Positions 61,553 to 64,000 of a DNA stretch of 64,000 nt are shown here, in pieces. Numbering within the stretch: position 1 is the first letter of the stretch; each line of letters opens with the position of its first letter. The DNA comes from Tricharina praecox (Eukaryota), in the NCBI RefSeq assembly GCF_024521635.1, contig NW_026250426.1:372001-436000 (forward strand). The letters run 5' to 3'. The notes beneath the pieces were generated by a model that saw only the letters and a list, made by a program, of their open reading frames with translations, made no database searches and was not told the origin of the DNA. A program made the position numbers and the translations under genes.

Positions 61553-63367
61553 GGTGGTGCAGTGGCAGTGATGTGGTAATGGCCGATATGATCAATAATG
61601 GTCCGTTATGCTGGACTTAGGTGAATGGCACATGTCATGGTGTGGTGGATGGGTCTTTTGGAAGACTAAAATTTGAGCGTATGGACGGTGTAATGCAACT
61701 GGCGACACAATGTGCGGACAGTAGTACCGTAGACTGCCTTTCACACACACATACGCACACGGACATACACATAGCAGAGTACCATCAGGTTTTCGAGCAC
61801 GATAGTTTCACAAAAGCGAGTGATACCTCCTCTTCAGAGATCATGGATCATCACTCGGCCTAAAATCCGGACTTCAACCACGATATCGTGCTTTTCAAAT
61901 TCCTTGATCTAGTTGCCGATTGCTGCGAAGAGATAGAGAGATACACTTCTTTTCGAGCTCGTAACTGTAGACTGTAGAGTACTGGGTGATATCAACGCTG
62001 TCCATCTATTCTCGCCGCAGCGACCTGTGTATAAGACCACATTCACTTCCCCTTCCATCGATATTCACATCCCCACCCACTTCACCGGTAACCAGTTGAT
62101 TCCAGCCGATTAGCTCACATGTTTCTATGTAGTAACCGGCCACATCCCCCCCAACTCGGCAGAAAAGCGAGTGATCACCAACCGCAGCAACCAGTCTACC
62201 TCTGCCCACCGCCGGCAGAAGTCTACAAAATCGCCGGGTGCATTCCTACCATATCTCTGCCGCACAGAATAGCTCTATGGCTTCATGGGCGTCCGTCGGT
62301 CTCGACGGGCCTCCACTAGTTGTGTGCCAATATGCAGCTGCTCCGGCCAGAACGACTCCATCACAGTACATCACCCACTCTTGTCTTCTCCCCTATCAAA
62401 AACCAAAAAAAAAACCAAAATAAGAGTAATATTTCTCCCATCTCGTGATCCCATCTCATTGCTCCTATCTCGTTCGTGAGCCCAGTGCCCACCTCGCGCC
62501 TACTCCAGCCACCCTATGCCCACTCTGTGCCCACCGCACAAATACACGCCACAATCCACAATCCACAACCTCTCTCTCATCATCATCGCGATCAGAAATG
62601 TTTGTAAACTGATGATGATGATGTATGTAAGTAATGTAATGTATGTGTATGAAACCCTTGATCTGTCTTTTATACCCCCGTTGCCTTCCCTCCTCTTCCC
62701 CGGTCCATAACCGCAAAAATATAAAAACCCCCCACCCCCCCGACTCCCAACCGATCGACCGACCGCCTTGTTTACGGGAATGATAAAAAAAACAATAAAA
62801 AAAAGACGTGTAAGGGAATAGAGGTAGTATAAAAGAATACAAAGGAAATAGATGGAGAAAAGGAAAAGAAAAAAAGAAAAAAAAAAGAAAAAAACAACGT
62901 GTGTGCGTAGTGTGGTGATTACGACCATAGGTAGGGAGCCCAAACCAATCTTGAATGAGAGTAGAGAAGAAGAAGCAGAGTCAATCGGAATCAGAAATAA
63001 AGGCGAGAGAGAGAGAATGAGAATGAGACACAGAAGATCCAAAGAACACACACAAAAAAAAACACCTATAATGACAAAAACCCGAATGCCATTGCAATCC
63101 CACCGTATCAGAAGAACAAGTAGAAATACACAAGGTGGTATCTCAAACTCCCTGCTGAGAAGGACAAACAAGACAACTTTTCCCAACAGAAAGAAACAAA
63201 ACGTAATTACCGGCTTGACTGGCAAGAGAAACCGAAATTCAAAAGAGAACGGAAAAAACTGCAACAGCCAAGTAGCTCTCTCTCTCTCTATCTCCATCGA
63301 CTCATTACCCCAAAACAACCATATCAATCAACCGCAACCGTATCCACACACACACACACGTTCGCCC

Positions 63368-64000
63368 TTATGCAACAGCCACCCCGTTGGGTATCCGTTT
63401 CTCTAAGCTGCTCGAGCTGCTATACGCCGATGTCTCTCCGCCGGTGGACGCGCTTCCGCTATCTAGGCTCGCACTAGCGCTACCCGTAGTACTTCGAACC
63501 GTGTTACTCGGTGGGCCTTTCATGATTGGAGGTTGTCTTACCCCATCAGAGACGTGCTGCTCAACCTGATGCGGATATCCGTTTTGACCGGGGTTCTTGG
63601 GAGGCGGACGGTTGTTGGGGCCATCAGGACGGTATCCTCCCTGAGGGTGGCCATTGCGCGGGCCGTATCCGTTGGTATGGGTTACGGCCGGGGATGAGCT
63701 CATTCGACGGGCATTCGGCATCGGAGGGTATGCGCCATTACCGTTGGCGTTCGGCATAGGAGGGTATGCACCGCCGCCGCCACCGTTCGGCATAGGAGGG
63801 TATGCACCGCCACCACCGTTACCGTTAGGCATCGGGGGATACGCGCCGCCACCGAACGCATGGCTGTCCCGGATGTCGCTCATGTCTACTCGTTGCGAAG
63901 ACATCGAGTTTGCCCGAGATGTGCTCGTCATGGCCGCTCGGTCAACGTTTCCGTATCTGTTCGAGGAATATCCCAGCAACGCGGTGTCTGTAAGGGGGTC
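63368..64000 (-). CDS. 3' end of an unidentified gene, low-complexity G/P/N-rich tail
   Basis: Frame is open from the window end to the stop at 63368; contains four GAYPPMPN repeats and is followed by a long T-rich 3' UTR. Confidence 0.6.
   Translation of the reverse strand, partial: DPLTDTALLGYSSNRYGNVDRAAMTSTSRANSMSSQRVDMSDIRDSHAFGGGAYPPMPNGNGGGGAYPPMPNGGGGGAYPPMPNANGNGAYPPMPNARRMSSSPAVTHTNGYGPRNGHPQGGYRPDGPNNRPPPKNPGQNGYPHQVEQHVSDGVRQPPIMKGPPSNTVRSTTGSASASLDSGSASTGGETSAYSSSSSLEKRIPNGVAVA
63710..63853 (-). repeat. Coding repeat 4 x GAYPPMPN with Gly/Asn linkers
   Basis: Peptide repeat is exact while codons vary (tat/tac, ccc/cct). Confidence 0.85.

Noticed and set aside
62500..63406. 275-aa hydrophobic ORF and 184-aa Lys/Arg-rich ORF on opposite strands
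   Set aside because: Translation artefacts of an A-rich (T-rich on the minus strand) low-complexity 3' UTR.

Overview
Eukaryotic, intron-rich, gene-dense DNA from a filamentous ascomycete. The short introns with CTRAC branch points and the gene content suggest Pezizomycotina, possibly Pezizomycetes (inference). I reconstructed about 25 protein-coding loci by hand, splicing exons across the ORF track. Recognisable genes are POP1, SIL1, a complex I 17.8 kDa subunit, PRCC-like, SSL2/XPB, RPS15, PRO3, an RGS-TM protein, a SAM methyltransferase, NUP53-like, UBP6, CREG-like, an F-box protein, ABP1, TIF5/eIF5, MRPL1, a histidine acid phosphatase/phytase, SUB2 and WBP11-like. There are four tRNA genes: two identical Thr-AGT, an intron-containing Val-CAC and Gly-TCC. 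A microsatellite-rich gene desert of about 9 kb precedes the RGS gene. I found no transposon, CRISPR array or rRNA, and no convincing novel multi-gene system. The most interesting signals are: (1) an unannotated 3-exon, 67-aa membrane microprotein gene with a Cox8/COX7C-like TM motif; (2) two uORFs in identical poor GUUC-AUG context in the eIF5 leader; (3) a RING-like zinc finger fused to an RRM protein; (4) a 641-nt SUB2 intron with long-range complementarity; (5) strongly degenerate and GC 5' splice sites; (6) a diverged ~240-bp tandem duplication next to tRNA-Val; (7) a TAG-interrupted ORF that is a weak candidate for A-to-I stop repair. All family assignments are from recalled motifs, not database searches.
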